Of a DNA stretch of 64,000 nucleotides, positions 18,796 to 28,495 are shown piece after piece. The DNA is from a virus. The notes beneath the pieces are model-generated. The model was not told the origin of the DNA. It made no database searches and saw only the letters and a program-made list of their open reading frames with translations. Numbering within the stretch: the first letter of the stretch is position 1; each line of letters opens with the position of its first letter. The stretch lies in IMG/VR virus record IMGVR_UViG_3300018080_000001, positions 32,001-96,000 of that record, one strand, 5' to 3'. The translations under genes and the position numbers were made by a program.

Positions 18796-19190
18796 TTTCC
18801 TTCTAAAATATTCCGTTCTCTATCCAAATCTCTATTCAAAGCATCTTCCTCAGTAAATTTATCCCCGTATCTACTTCTAAGCTTTTTTACATTCTTATCC
18901 CATACAGACTCCCAACTCGTAAAATGTCCTTTCACGCGCATAGCTTGAATAGCTAATGATTGATACCAATTACTATCCCCTAACTCTTCTTCCGCATTAA
19001 CAAAATCTAGGTCTTTACCATAGAATATATGTTTCTTTAGCATATCCAAAAGCTCTGTCGATTCTGTAACCATTCCCATAGCAGCATGCAAAAGATCAAT
19101 CGTTGATCTATTGTCCAACCTTTTTCCAATGGCCTCATAGTCGCCTGAAGCGGTCTTTAAAACATTTTTGATATATTCCTCTGATTTCAT
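18792..19190 (-). CDS. MazG-like nucleotide pyrophosphohydrolase
   Basis: LLHAAMGMVTESTELLDMLKK...EEELGD..WY...N..KL..RY. Confidence 0.85.
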   Translation of the reverse strand: MKSEEYIKNVLKTASGDYEAIGKRLDNRSTIDLLHAAMGMVTESTELLDMLKKHIFYGKDLDFVNAEEELGDSNWYQSLAIQAMRVKGHFTSWESVWDKNVKKLRSRYGDKFTEEDALNRDLDRERNILEGK

Positions 19191-19435
19191 TTTTCAACCT
19201 TTCCAATTGCTATATTTGAATTTTCAGATAAAGGCAAAAACATAGAATTTATTTTAAAATAAACGGAGTAATAAACATCCAAAGGATCTCCAAAACTCAT
19301 TTTAGGATACGCCCATCGTTCAGACGGCATATTATACTTTTTCTTTACGTCAACGATTAACTGCATCGCCGCTAAAAAATGAGTTTTTGTCTTTGACGTG
19401 GTATTATTATAAATAATACTCATCTTTTCCTCCAT
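19187..19435 (-). CDS. Hypothetical protein
   Basis: Overlap-coupled ORF. Confidence 0.5.
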   Translation of the reverse strand: MEEKMSIIYNNTTSKTKTHFLAAMQLIVDVKKKYNMPSERWAYPKMSFGDPLDVYYSVYFKINSMFLPLSENSNIAIGKVEK

Positions 19436-20532
19436 TTAACTGATTTCATCCTACCGTTTGTACTATTTCCGTCTTCATCCCACATATCATTATGAATCGC
19501 GTACTTGCTATATTCTTCCCATGTGGGCTTAGCCATTAGCATTCTCTTATCACGCCACCGATCCTTAAACATTAAAAAATTATCGGGATTACACTTTATA
19601 CCCAAATAAGTATTTGAGGCATAGTGTCTCTTCCCCCTTCTTTGCTCGCCCGTAGGGTAGTAATAAAACCCATCGCCCCGCACTCTTACAATATCTTCAG
19701 ACTTAGAAAAATCTCCATTAGATGGATACCAGCCCTTTGGGATATAGCCATCAGGAAACTCGCACTTACTCGATAAACTAAGGAACATTCGTATTTCACG
19801 CCAGGGATCGTTGGTTAGTTCTTTCAATTCGTCTAATTTAGGGTCTAATCCATTCGTATTAGAAATAGTACGCAATAAAACTATGTCATCAGGTTTAAAA
19901 TCAATACAATTCTTAAATTTTAGTTCTAGCCATAGAATAGGATCAATTTCTTTTTCCCCCAAATCTTTAATCCTATCAAAAATGCTATTATAAGTTCCAA
20001 AATTTTTTGTTCTATTACTATCGTGCACCCTACTAATAATATTCCTACGCGCTATAAACGCGTGCCCCATATGCTCAATTTGCAATTCCATAAAACGAAC
20101 TAAAAAATCACGTACGGCTCTTACCGAATCTCTACTACCTGCGTACTGTCGAAATCTCTTTAACATAGCAACCAAAGATTTATTGATACCGAATAAAGAA
20201 GACGGTCGCACGTACTTATCGTAATCATGTAAAACACCGAGCAATATACAATAAGATTTAAGATCTATATCTACATCTGTAATAAATTTTATCACAGATA
20301 AAAATGACTTCTGATACACATTAAACTCTTTCCTACTATCTTTATTGTGCCACGGAGTTGTATAACCTGTATAATTAAAATAAGTCCAAAGCATGGTTGA
20401 CACTTCATACATAATCTTGTAGCAGCGCTCCATACTCTCTCTATCTAAACTATAATAATATATAGGCCTCCTTCCGTCATCTTCAGGAGCATCTACCTTC
20501 AACATTTTCCGCATATGAATTAAATTACTCAT
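19420..20532 (-). CDS. Hypothetical protein in the replication module
   Basis: 370-aa ORF coupled to SNF2. Its position upstream of dnaC/dnaB is compatible with an initiator, but no motif was recognised. Confidence 0.7.
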   Translation of the reverse strand: MSNLIHMRKMLKVDAPEDDGRRPIYYYSLDRESMERCYKIMYEVSTMLWTYFNYTGYTTPWHNKDSRKEFNVYQKSFLSVIKFITDVDIDLKSYCILLGVLHDYDKYVRPSSLFGINKSLVAMLKRFRQYAGSRDSVRAVRDFLVRFMELQIEHMGHAFIARRNIISRVHDSNRTKNFGTYNSIFDRIKDLGEKEIDPILWLELKFKNCIDFKPDDIVLLRTISNTNGLDPKLDELKELTNDPWREIRMFLSLSSKCEFPDGYIPKGWYPSNGDFSKSEDIVRVRGDGFYYYPTGEQRRGKRHYASNTYLGIKCNPDNFLMFKDRWRDKRMLMAKPTWEEYSKYAIHNDMWDEDGNSTNGRMKSVKWRKR

Positions 20533-22373
20533 GATGCCATCTTCAAATAGTCGATTAAATCTTTTCTCCCAATCTCTATCAATTTTTCATCACTGGTAGT
20601 TATTGCATCAGACATATCCGTCTTACCCAACAAGATGTCTCTTATTAAAACATCTATAGTACCTACCGCATCCAAAAAAATAAGAGATGCGGGTTGAGAT
20701 CTAATTCGATCCAACTTAGATAAATTACCTACAGTTTTTACACGTCTATGTATTCTATCCATAGACTGTTTATATAAAGTAAAAGAGTAGGGACGATCTA
20801 CGTATATGGCAGTTCTAGCCCGAGCAAGAAAATCAGTGCCTGTTCCTGCTTTCTCCGCTGTACATACAGCAATTCTAGGATAATCCTCGTTCTCAAATAT
20901 TGGAGCTACACGCGACATTTCGTCACGAGGCGAATCCCCATATATTTTTACAGCTCCGTACTTCTTATTAAATAAGTCATAAATATTTTTAACAGATTTC
21001 CTAAAAGCAGTCCAAATCACGACTTTTTGTTCTGGATCTACAAAAAGCTCTTCCAATATCTTATCAATTTCTTCATATTTAACAGAATTCCCTTCAGACT
21101 CTATAAGATTAGGATGATTCAATAATTGTCTTAGCTTTAAAGCCGTGGCATTCTTCTTTAAAAAATTTCTTAAATTTATTTTAGCCCCTTTAGGTATCTC
21201 TGATATAAATCTATCGCACAAAGACTTATATAACTTAAGTTGCTTTCCTTTCAGCACAACATCTCTAATACTAGATGTCTTATCCGGAAATCCTTTCATT
21301 TCATCTTTTGTTCTTCTAATAGATACGTGCTCAATCCGAGTTTTCAATTCATCCAAATGTCTATAACCCGCAACCTTTTCTATCCGCCTCTTTATAGCAT
21401 TTCCCTTTCTATCCTTAGTCCAAATTTCGACTTCTTCCTTCCTACAAAAATAGTTTTCAAAAACAAAAGGGTTATATAAAAAATCAAAGCCTAGTGCCTT
21501 CAAAACACTATAAGAATTTACAGGAGATTCTGAAACAGGAGTACCTGTCATTATAAGTAGCCTTGGATATTTTCCCTCAGAATTTCTGGCTTCTTTCAAT
21601 ATCTTAAATACACATGCGGATCTTTTCTTATTAACATTTTTATACATATGCCATTCATCAACAATAATCATATCCCAAGGTCTGGTAATCAAAAAATTTG
21701 TATTATCCCCGTCTACCCTTTTACCTTTCCTATTTATAAGATTTTCTGGATGTATAAGTTGAATATCCCACGGAGATTCACAAGTATCTTTCAAAAATTC
21801 TAAAGATTTTTTAGTTCCTGAAGGAACAGCTACTCCCTTTAAATACGTATGTTTTTCTATTTCACGCATATAACCAAAAACAACGTTATTCGGACATATA
21901 ACCAAAGTCCTTTTTACTTCGTTCCCTAGCGCAACTATAGAAGCTAAAGAAATTAAGCTTTTTCCCGATCCCATGTCATCAAATAACCCAGCTCTAGGAT
22001 TATTAACAATATAAGATATAGCTGAATACTGATCTTCGTAGGGAATAGTCTTCAGCTTATCTTTCAATAATAATTTTATAGTATCATTATAGATACCCTT
22101 CTTCACAGATTCGTTTTTAACATGTTTTCCGTCCAACCAATCCAAAAAATTATATGCCCCATCACTAATAGTGCAATAAGGTAATAAATTCAACTTTCGC
22201 AACTTATCTTTTAAAAAGGTAACATCTTCATACCCAATGGAAAAAACATTACCTCGGGATAATTCTACAGTCGTTAATAAGGATTTAACCACAGGAAAAA
22301 CTGTAGAAAAATAAGAGTGCTGAGGGTCCAAAGCCACATAGAACCGTTTCTTTTCCATATAAACATCAAGCAT
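20529..22373 (-). CDS. SNF2-family helicase
   Basis: DDMGSGKS, LVICP, IIVDEWH, MTGTP, RRTK, LRQL.NHP, QSMDRIHR. Confidence 0.9.
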   Translation of the reverse strand: MLDVYMEKKRFYVALDPQHSYFSTVFPVVKSLLTTVELSRGNVFSIGYEDVTFLKDKLRKLNLLPYCTISDGAYNFLDWLDGKHVKNESVKKGIYNDTIKLLLKDKLKTIPYEDQYSAISYIVNNPRAGLFDDMGSGKSLISLASIVALGNEVKRTLVICPNNVVFGYMREIEKHTYLKGVAVPSGTKKSLEFLKDTCESPWDIQLIHPENLINRKGKRVDGDNTNFLITRPWDMIIVDEWHMYKNVNKKRSACVFKILKEARNSEGKYPRLLIMTGTPVSESPVNSYSVLKALGFDFLYNPFVFENYFCRKEEVEIWTKDRKGNAIKRRIEKVAGYRHLDELKTRIEHVSIRRTKDEMKGFPDKTSSIRDVVLKGKQLKLYKSLCDRFISEIPKGAKINLRNFLKKNATALKLRQLLNHPNLIESEGNSVKYEEIDKILEELFVDPEQKVVIWTAFRKSVKNIYDLFNKKYGAVKIYGDSPRDEMSRVAPIFENEDYPRIAVCTAEKAGTGTDFLARARTAIYVDRPYSFTLYKQSMDRIHRRVKTVGNLSKLDRIRSQPASLIFLDAVGTIDVLIRDILLGKTDMSDAITTSDEKLIEIGRKDLIDYLKMAS

Positions 22374-23007
22374 CCAAACTCTTCCAATTAAGCCAATCTA
22401 AAATTGTGGGAATATTAGAGGTAATTCTTCTTTCTTCCATCTCTTCTCCATACCAAAAAGCAACGCAGTACTCTTGAGCAATATCAGTCTTTCCATCTCC
22501 TGTGAAAGAAGGTCTAGGATAAAGAATAGTAACTTTTGCCGGAGGTCTATAATCCCAGATCTTTGAACGATTCTTAGTCGCAACCATCGATAGTTTTCCC
22601 AACAATGCAAAAACACCATTACTAGTCAAAATATCGATGCCTTTACGCCAAAAAGATATTAACTGAGAAAATGGCGGATTAGTTGCTATGATATTAAATT
22701 TTTCATCATAAAAATCATGAGTAAGGAAATCAGTATTACTATGAATAAAAATATTTTCCCCATGCATAACAGAATCTCTAATATCTATACCTCTAACACT
22801 ACCTATACCATAGCCCTTAGCCGCTATAGCAAAAGGAAAGTAATCACCGCATCCAGGTTCTATAAAACGGTATTTATCAATACCTCGTACCCTATCTCCT
22901 ATATCACTAAGACCAATACACCGTTCTACAATCCACTTAGCAATAGACGGTGGTGTTTGATAAAAATCCTTTTCTTTTCTTTCACCTTTTCTTTTCAATA
23001 ATTCCAT
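22366..23007 (-). CDS. Amino (N6A/N4C) DNA methyltransferase
   Basis: DFYQTP, EPGCG SAM-binding motif, TNPPF, RPSFT. Confidence 0.85.
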   Translation of the reverse strand: MELLKRKGERKEKDFYQTPPSIAKWIVERCIGLSDIGDRVRGIDKYRFIEPGCGDYFPFAIAAKGYGIGSVRGIDIRDSVMHGENIFIHSNTDFLTHDFYDEKFNIIATNPPFSQLISFWRKGIDILTSNGVFALLGKLSMVATKNRSKIWDYRPPAKVTILYPRPSFTGDGKTDIAQEYCVAFWYGEEMEERRITSNIPTILDWLNWKSLDA

Positions 23008-23018
23008 AACAGCTCCTT

Positions 23019-23447
23019 CTAAAACTTATCATCGTTAAGAAAATCAGAAAGCTTCTGATTTCTCTTATCCATCTCAGAAACAGATCCCAATTCTAGTACT
23101 CTCCCTTTTATTAAAGGATAACCTCGTTTTCCCACGCCAGTCATTAGTATTTCTCTTACAGGTATTTCTTCCTCTACATAATAAATAGATTCAAAAGTGC
23201 GATTTTCATCAACACCAATATTCCTCATATATGTTTTTGCTTCAATCCTTATTATATCGTCTTCATTAATGTCTGTTTCCCATAAATACCAGAGGATTCC
23301 TTTGGATGACTCAACCTTAGACGTTATATATTCTCCACAATCGTCATTCCAGCTACACTCTTCATCGTTTATATACGCCTTAACTGTTTGTCCGTACTTT
23401 CTATATCCCATAGATTTTTGATAACCTATTTGTATAACTACACGCAT
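23019..23447 (-). CDS. Hypothetical protein
   Basis: 142-aa ORF packed in the operon. Confidence 0.65.
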   Translation of the reverse strand: MRVVIQIGYQKSMGYRKYGQTVKAYINDEECSWNDDCGEYITSKVESSKGILWYLWETDINEDDIIRIEAKTYMRNIGVDENRTFESIYYVEEEIPVREILMTGVGKRGYPLIKGRVLELGSVSEMDKRNQKLSDFLNDDKF

Positions 23448-23450
23448 TAA

Positions 23451-24017
23451 TCAATCAGAAGAAACAGCTATCTCTAAAGATTCTTCGTAATCCGTTGATC
23501 CTTCAGAATTTTTAGATAATTTAGCTGTAGGCAAAAAATTCAACTCCATATACTTCATCACCATATCAATAATTGACTTACAAAAAGGCACGCCTTTTAC
23601 ACTGGTAATCCCGCGTGGATCAAATTGCCAGGCTTTAAATTTTTCATAAATCTTTTTTGGATCTACGCCGTATTGCAAAAGCATGCTTATAGCTTCAGCC
23701 CATGCATTTGCAAAACCGTGTAACTCAGTTCCCATTTTATCCAAAAATAATCTAACTTCTCCGGGATAGCCATCTTCATAAAAATCTATAATAAAATATC
23801 CTTTTATTTGCGATACTTTATTAAAACCTTTATCATCCAACTCGGGAAGAGCCGCTGTAACCGTAAATTTTACGGTTCTACTTTTAACATCTTCATTTAA
23901 ACTATATTTTACAGGATGTGAATCTTCCAACGGAGATCTATAGACTACTTTATTTCTCTCCTCCAAAGGGCATTCTTTATTGCACAACTTTCCTATAACT
24001 TCGGATTTCCCACTCAT
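23451..24017 (-). CDS. Stand-alone class II ribonucleotide reductase C-terminal (TSCPD-like) domain
   Basis: GYF....YEDG.PGEV...K.G..L.GF...A..IS..LQYGV....KF....F.P.G...KSIID. Confidence 0.8.
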   Translation of the reverse strand: MSGKSEVIGKLCNKECPLEERNKVVYRSPLEDSHPVKYSLNEDVKSRTVKFTVTAALPELDDKGFNKVSQIKGYFIIDFYEDGYPGEVRLFLDKMGTELHGFANAWAEAISMLLQYGVDPKKIYEKFKAWQFDPRGITSVKGVPFCKSIIDMVMKYMELNFLPTAKLSKNSEGSTDYEESLEIAVSSD

Positions 24018-24616
24018 TTTTTCTCCGTTTCAACTAAAAAGTCCTTCACATTTCTGATTGCGTGGTTCCACTCGGCATCACAACGATTACTGCGCAACAC
24101 AGCAGAGGGGTGAACGCAAATAGCCACTCTAGCATCAATTTTTATTCCTAGCCTGCTACTCTTTGGTTTATTCAACAGTTCTCCGCAATGTCTCATAATT
24201 CTACCAGTATAAGGCGTAACCATAGACATCGCTTCGGCACCAAAAGATATTATAAATTTAGGCTTTATAATTTCTAGTTCCGCTTTAAAATAATCAGAAC
24301 ACGATACTATTTCTTCATACATAGGCGGTCTGTTATTCGATGAATAGCACTTACAAGTATTGGTTATCCAGCAATCTCTCCTAGAAAGCCCTACAGCGAA
24401 CAGGAACGTGTCCATCTTCTGTCCCGCTCTACCTATAAAGGGTCTTCCCCCAACAAGCTCATCATACCCTGGGTTTCTTCCTAGAACCATAATCTCTACG
24501 TCGTTATAACCTTCAGGAAGAGTAGGTCCATAAGAACCGCAGTCTTTATATAGCAAACACCTTTTACAAGATTTTATAGCGAGATCTAAACTTTTTAACG
24601 AATTAAAATTCTGCAT
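24014..24616 (-). CDS. Uracil-DNA glycosylase, family 4-like (Fe-S)
   Basis: CKRC, GRNPG..E...GRPFIGRAG, ITN..KC, NRPP...E...C, HPS..LR. Confidence 0.88.
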   Translation of the reverse strand: MQNFNSLKSLDLAIKSCKRCLLYKDCGSYGPTLPEGYNDVEIMVLGRNPGYDELVGGRPFIGRAGQKMDTFLFAVGLSRRDCWITNTCKCYSSNNRPPMYEEIVSCSDYFKAELEIIKPKFIISFGAEAMSMVTPYTGRIMRHCGELLNKPKSSRLGIKIDARVAICVHPSAVLRSNRCDAEWNHAIRNVKDFLVETEKK

Positions 24617-24793
24617 TCAACAGCTCTTCTCGTACAATCCTATACGAGAATATACCGTTTCAAAAAAATATAGATTCAAACATTATTAAAGATAAGACAA
24701 ATCACAAAGAATAAAATAACTAGTAAAGGTACAACAGATCTTTTAAGTAAAAAATATCGTTCTACCGATTTAATTTCTTTATCCAATTTTTCA

Positions 24794-25633
24794 CTAAATA
24801 TTATCATCTCTCGTAATATTAAGACTGAATCTATCCTTGGTCATTTTCTCTACTTCAACAGACGATGAAAATTCTACAGGAACCTGACCCGATTTCTTAA
24901 GCTCTTCCCATAAATCTACGTTTAACATTTGACGAACACAATTAGCATGGCCATTGTCCAAACACCACTGGACGATTTTATTATCCTCACGCTCCAGATA
25001 CGGCTTTCCGGGCGTTCTTTTCATCAACCCTATGAAACCATAGTCCTCTAATTTAGCGTCCCCCTTACCCTCTTCTGACTCCTTACCCCGTTTAAAAATG
25101 AAGGACTCTATGATAGGTCGACACTCTTTGGATACTTTCCGAAGTTCCTTTTCAATGTCCAACTTCTTATCCCGTATTTCTACATACTTATTAGCAGCAT
25201 CTTTATAAAGTTGGATCTCTTCAGCATCAACAGTTTCTCTTCGTCCAGCCTTCGGCTTACCTCCTACAGGGGCGAGATACTTTATCTCCATTTCCCCGGA
25301 GAGTACTCTACCTTCCTCAACAGCCCATACGCAGTCTCCATTCCTGTTCACAGAAACACAAATAAGATTGACACCCTCTTGAGCCTTTACCTCTACCTCC
25401 TCATTAACTACGTGCATTCCCTTCCAAGCATATGTCTTAGGATCTTGGGACCACACATGTCCGTTTAGCATGATAGTGGAACCAACTGTAATGTGCAAAG
25501 TCTGATCAACAACAGTAGTTTCTGAATTTTTTTCCACACCAGAGTCTGCATTCACATTCGGTGTACAAACTTTCCTATGACGATCCAACCAACCTTCTCT
25601 TTTAAATTCTTTTCCACATTCACAGATAAACAT
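24794..25633 (-). CDS. Hypothetical protein with an N-terminal zinc finger
   Basis: CECGKEFKREGWLDRHRKVC; central coiled coil. Confidence 0.7.
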   Translation of the reverse strand: MFICECGKEFKREGWLDRHRKVCTPNVNADSGVEKNSETTVVDQTLHITVGSTIMLNGHVWSQDPKTYAWKGMHVVNEEVEVKAQEGVNLICVSVNRNGDCVWAVEEGRVLSGEMEIKYLAPVGGKPKAGRRETVDAEEIQLYKDAANKYVEIRDKKLDIEKELRKVSKECRPIIESFIFKRGKESEEGKGDAKLEDYGFIGLMKRTPGKPYLEREDNKIVQWCLDNGHANCVRQMLNVDLWEELKKSGQVPVEFSSSVEVEKMTKDRFSLNITRDDNI

Positions 25634-25651
25634 TTCTCTCTCCTTTTTTAT

Positions 25652-26050
25652 TTACTCTTCCTCAAAAATGGACTTGTCTACATACTTCATAGCGTCTTTA
25701 TTCTGTTTCACAGCTTCTATACAAATCTCAGGAATTTTATTTTTTACGTGTATACGTGCACGACCATCCTTCTTTACAGCTTCCATACAAATCTCTGGTG
25801 TTTGGTTTTGTACGTATTTAAGTGCCCAACCATCCTTCTTTACAGCTTCCATACAAATCTCTGGTGTTTGGTTTTGTACGTATTTAAGTGCCCAACCATT
25901 TTGTTCTACAGCAGCCATACAAATCTCTGGTGTTTGGTTTTGTATATACCTAAGCGCACAGCCATCCGCTCTCACAGCTTTTAAATCTTTCTCCTCTTGA
26001 GTTTCAGTTTCAAGAACTCCTACCTTCTTACAAAATTCACTAAACTTCAT
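25652..26050 (-). CDS. DUF4116-type repeat protein (4 repeats)
   Basis: 22-aa AVxxxGxALxYVQNQTPEICxx repeats with caps shared by its paralogues. Confidence 0.85.
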   Translation of the reverse strand: MKFSEFCKKVGVLETETQEEKDLKAVRADGCALRYIQNQTPEICMAAVEQNGWALKYVQNQTPEICMEAVKKDGWALKYVQNQTPEICMEAVKKDGRARIHVKNKIPEICIEAVKQNKDAMKYVDKSIFEEE

Positions 26051-26064
26051 TTTTTACTCCAGTA

Positions 26065-26475
26065 TTATTCTTCCTCAAAAATGGACTTGTCTACATATCT
26101 CGTAACATCTTTATTCTGTTTCACAGCTGCTATACAAATCTCTGGAGTTTGGTTTTGTATATATTGAAGCGCCCAACCATTCTGTTTCACAGCAGCCATA
26201 CAAATCTCTGGAGTTTGGTTTTGTACATATTGAAGTGCATGACCATTCTGTTTCACAGCAGCCATACAAATCTCTGGAGTTTGGTTTTGTATATATTGAA
26301 GTGCATGACCATCCTTCTTTACAGCAGCCATACAAATCTCTGGTGTTTGATTTTGTACGTATTCAAGTGCCCAACCATCCTGTTTTACAGCTTTTAAATC
26401 TTTCTCCTCTTGAGTCCCAGTATCAGGAGCTTCTACCATTTTACAAAATTCGCTAAATTTCATTTCTTCCTCCAA
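26065..26475 (-). CDS. DUF4116-type repeat protein (4 repeats; probable start MKFSEF at 26463)
   Basis: Same architecture as its neighbours. Confidence 0.85.
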   Translation of the reverse strand: MEEEMKFSEFCKMVEAPDTGTQEEKDLKAVKQDGWALEYVQNQTPEICMAAVKKDGHALQYIQNQTPEICMAAVKQNGHALQYVQNQTPEICMAAVKQNGWALQYIQNQTPEICIAAVKQNKDVTRYVDKSIFEEE

Positions 26476-26477
26476 AA

Positions 26478-26762
26478 TTATTCTTTGTAACCATAAGGAT
26501 CTACGATCACTTCCTCTGAATCATTCTCGTCCAATATTTTTTCCATACGATTAAGTAAGCTACGAGAAATATAAATACGGTGCAAACCCACTTCAAAGCT
26601 CAACAATACCCCTTCCTCCGGAGCCGGTTTACCAAACCCAGCTCCAGCACCTCTGATAGGACATACTAAAGTATCAGATTTATCTACTCTCTTCACCGTT
26701 ATTAGAGGTGATTTTGATTTCCTTATATTTAGATCTTCGTATTTTGTTCTTTCGTAACCCAT
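26478..26762 (-). CDS. Hypothetical protein
   Basis: ORF with an AAGGAG RBS between the repeat paralogues. Confidence 0.65.
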   Translation of the reverse strand: MGYERTKYEDLNIRKSKSPLITVKRVDKSDTLVCPIRGAGAGFGKPAPEEGVLLSFEVGLHRIYISRSLLNRMEKILDENDSEEVIVDPYGYKE

Positions 26763-26781
26763 TTTATCTCTCCTTTTTTAT

Positions 26782-27972
26782 TTACTCTTCTTCAAAAATA
26801 GACTTATACACGTACTTCATAGCACCTTTATTCTGTTTCACAGCTTCTATACAAATCTCTGTAGTTTGGTTTTGTACGTATTTAAGTACGTAACCATTTT
26901 GTTTTACAGCTGCCATACAAATCTCTGGTGTTTGGTTTTGTACAAATTCAAGTGCCCAACCATCCTGCTTTACAGCTGCCATACAAATCTCTGGAGTTTG
27001 GTTTTGTACAAATTCAAGTACCCAACCATTTTGTTTTACAGCTTCTATACAAATCTCTGGTGTTTGGTTTTGTACGTACTTAAGTACCATACCATCCTGC
27101 TTTACAGCTGCTATACAAATCTCTGGTGTTTGATTTTGTACGTATTTAAGTGCGTAACCATTTTGTTTTACAGCTGCCATACAAATCTCTGGAGTTTGGT
27201 TTTGTACGTATTTAAGTGCGTAACCATTTTGTTTTACAGCTGCTATACAAATCTCTGGTGTTTGGTTTTGTACGTATTTAAGTGCCCAACCATCCCGCTT
27301 TACAGCTTCTATACAAATCTCTGGTGTTTGGTTATGTACGTATTGGAGTACGTAACCATTCTGCCTTACAGCTTCCATACAAATCTCTGGTGTTTGGTTT
27401 TGTATATATTCAAGTACCATACCATCCTGCTTTACAGCTGCCATACAAATCTCTGGAGTTTGGTTTTGTACAAATTCAAGTACCCAACCATTTTGTTTTA
27501 CAGCTGCCATACAAATCTCTGGAGTTTGGTTTTGTATATGTCGAAGTGCATAACCATTCTGTTTTACAGCTTCTATACGAATCTCTGGAGTTTGATTTTG
27601 TACATATACAAGTGCATAACCATCCTGCTTTACAGCTGCCATACAAATCTCTGGTGTTTGGTTTTGTATATATTCAAGTACCATACCATCCTGCTTTACA
27701 GCTGCCATACAAATCTCTGGAGTTTGATTTTGTACATATACAAGTACCCAACCATTTTGTTTTACAGCTGCCATACAAATCTCTGGTGTTTGGTTTTGTA
27801 TATATTCAAGTGCGTAACCATTTTGTTTTACAGCTTCTATACAAATCTCTGGTGTTTGATTTTGTACGTATTGGAGTGCCCAACCATTTTGTTTTACAGC
27901 TTTTAAATCTTTCTCCTCTTGAGTTTCAGTCTCAGGAGCTTCCACCTTCTTACAAAATTCACTAAATTTCAT
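26782..27972 (-). CDS. DUF4116-type repeat protein (16 repeats; start MKFSEF, ORF open to 28020)
   Basis: 16 x 22-aa repeats. A GGAGG RBS precedes the ATG at 27972, matching the paralogue N-termini. Confidence 0.88.
   Translation of the reverse strand: MKFSEFCKKVEAPETETQEEKDLKAVKQNGWALQYVQNQTPEICIEAVKQNGYALEYIQNQTPEICMAAVKQNGWVLVYVQNQTPEICMAAVKQDGMVLEYIQNQTPEICMAAVKQDGYALVYVQNQTPEIRIEAVKQNGYALRHIQNQTPEICMAAVKQNGWVLEFVQNQTPEICMAAVKQDGMVLEYIQNQTPEICMEAVRQNGYVLQYVHNQTPEICIEAVKRDGWALKYVQNQTPEICIAAVKQNGYALKYVQNQTPEICMAAVKQNGYALKYVQNQTPEICIAAVKQDGMVLKYVQNQTPEICIEAVKQNGWVLEFVQNQTPEICMAAVKQDGWALEFVQNQTPEICMAAVKQNGYVLKYVQNQTTEICIEAVKQNKGAMKYVYKSIFEEE
26845..27900. repeat. 16 tandem 66-bp coding repeats
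   Basis: Directly visible; core unit tacaaatctctgg(t/a)gtttg. Confidence 0.95.
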
Positions 27973-28025
27973 TTTTTCCTCCCAATTTTCCAACATTTCA
28001 TCAACTCTCATACTGTTCATAAATC

Positions 28026-28053
28026 AATATAAACCTCTTACAGCAGCTGTCAA
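28026..28053 (-). promoter_or_regulatory. sigma70-like promoter for the DUF4116 cluster
   Basis: TTGACA-N16-TATATT. Confidence 0.55.
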
Positions 28054-28102
28054 TATACTGAACCAACTTTTTTTATTTTTTTTATATTAGGTAGACGATA
28101 AA

Positions 28103-28495
28103 CTAAGCAGACAAACTGGCTTCCACAGATTCAACAATTAACTCGGTCTTAGTTATATTTCTTTTCGATGAAGCCTCGGACAAAGCTGTATGTACATCTT
28201 TGGGAAATGCTACTACCATCTTCACTGAAGGTTGTGGCTGATAAGACGTATCCAAAAGAATCCATACGCCTTTACCTCGTTGATACTGAGAATCAACTAC
28301 GTGCATGCCCTTCAAAATACGAAGATTATTTCCTATTTTTTCTGCTGTAATACTATTACCTGCAATATCGTACAGATTATCATTATTATTTATATAATTT
28401 AATATGTCATCTGATGACACCCACTCATCCATACTTTTCATAGATTCAATAATACAAAATCTAAGATTAGCAATAAAATTATCTTTTTCTGTCAT
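28103..28495 (-). CDS. Putative transcription regulator (winged HTH plus ribbon-helix-helix)
   Basis: N-terminal wHTH-like segment; C-terminal VKMVVAFPKDVHTALSEASSKRNITKTELIVESV matches a CopG/Arc-like RHH. Confidence 0.65.
   Translation of the reverse strand: MTEKDNFIANLRFCIIESMKSMDEWVSSDDILNYINNNDNLYDIAGNSITAEKIGNNLRILKGMHVVDSQYQRGKGVWILLDTSYQPQPSVKMVVAFPKDVHTALSEASSKRNITKTELIVESVEASLSA

Noticed and set aside
24617-24793. Small gene or ncRNA between UDG and the zinc-finger gene
   Set aside because: Only very short ORFs (under 40 codons) without a clear RBS, and no convincing structure.
26845-27900. 66-bp periodic array as a CRISPR array
   Set aside because: There are no unique spacers, the whole unit is conserved and in frame as a 22-aa protein repeat, and no cas genes are present.
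25577-27965. Long plus-strand ORFs (e.g. 26866..27906, 27282..27965, 25668..26000)
   Set aside because: Antisense shadows of the stop-poor tandem repeat, with no RBS support.
25652-28020. Diversity-generating retroelement TR/VR pairs
   Set aside because: No reverse transcriptase in the window, and the differences between copies are not confined to adenines of one template (e.g. GCA/GTA, TGG/CAT).
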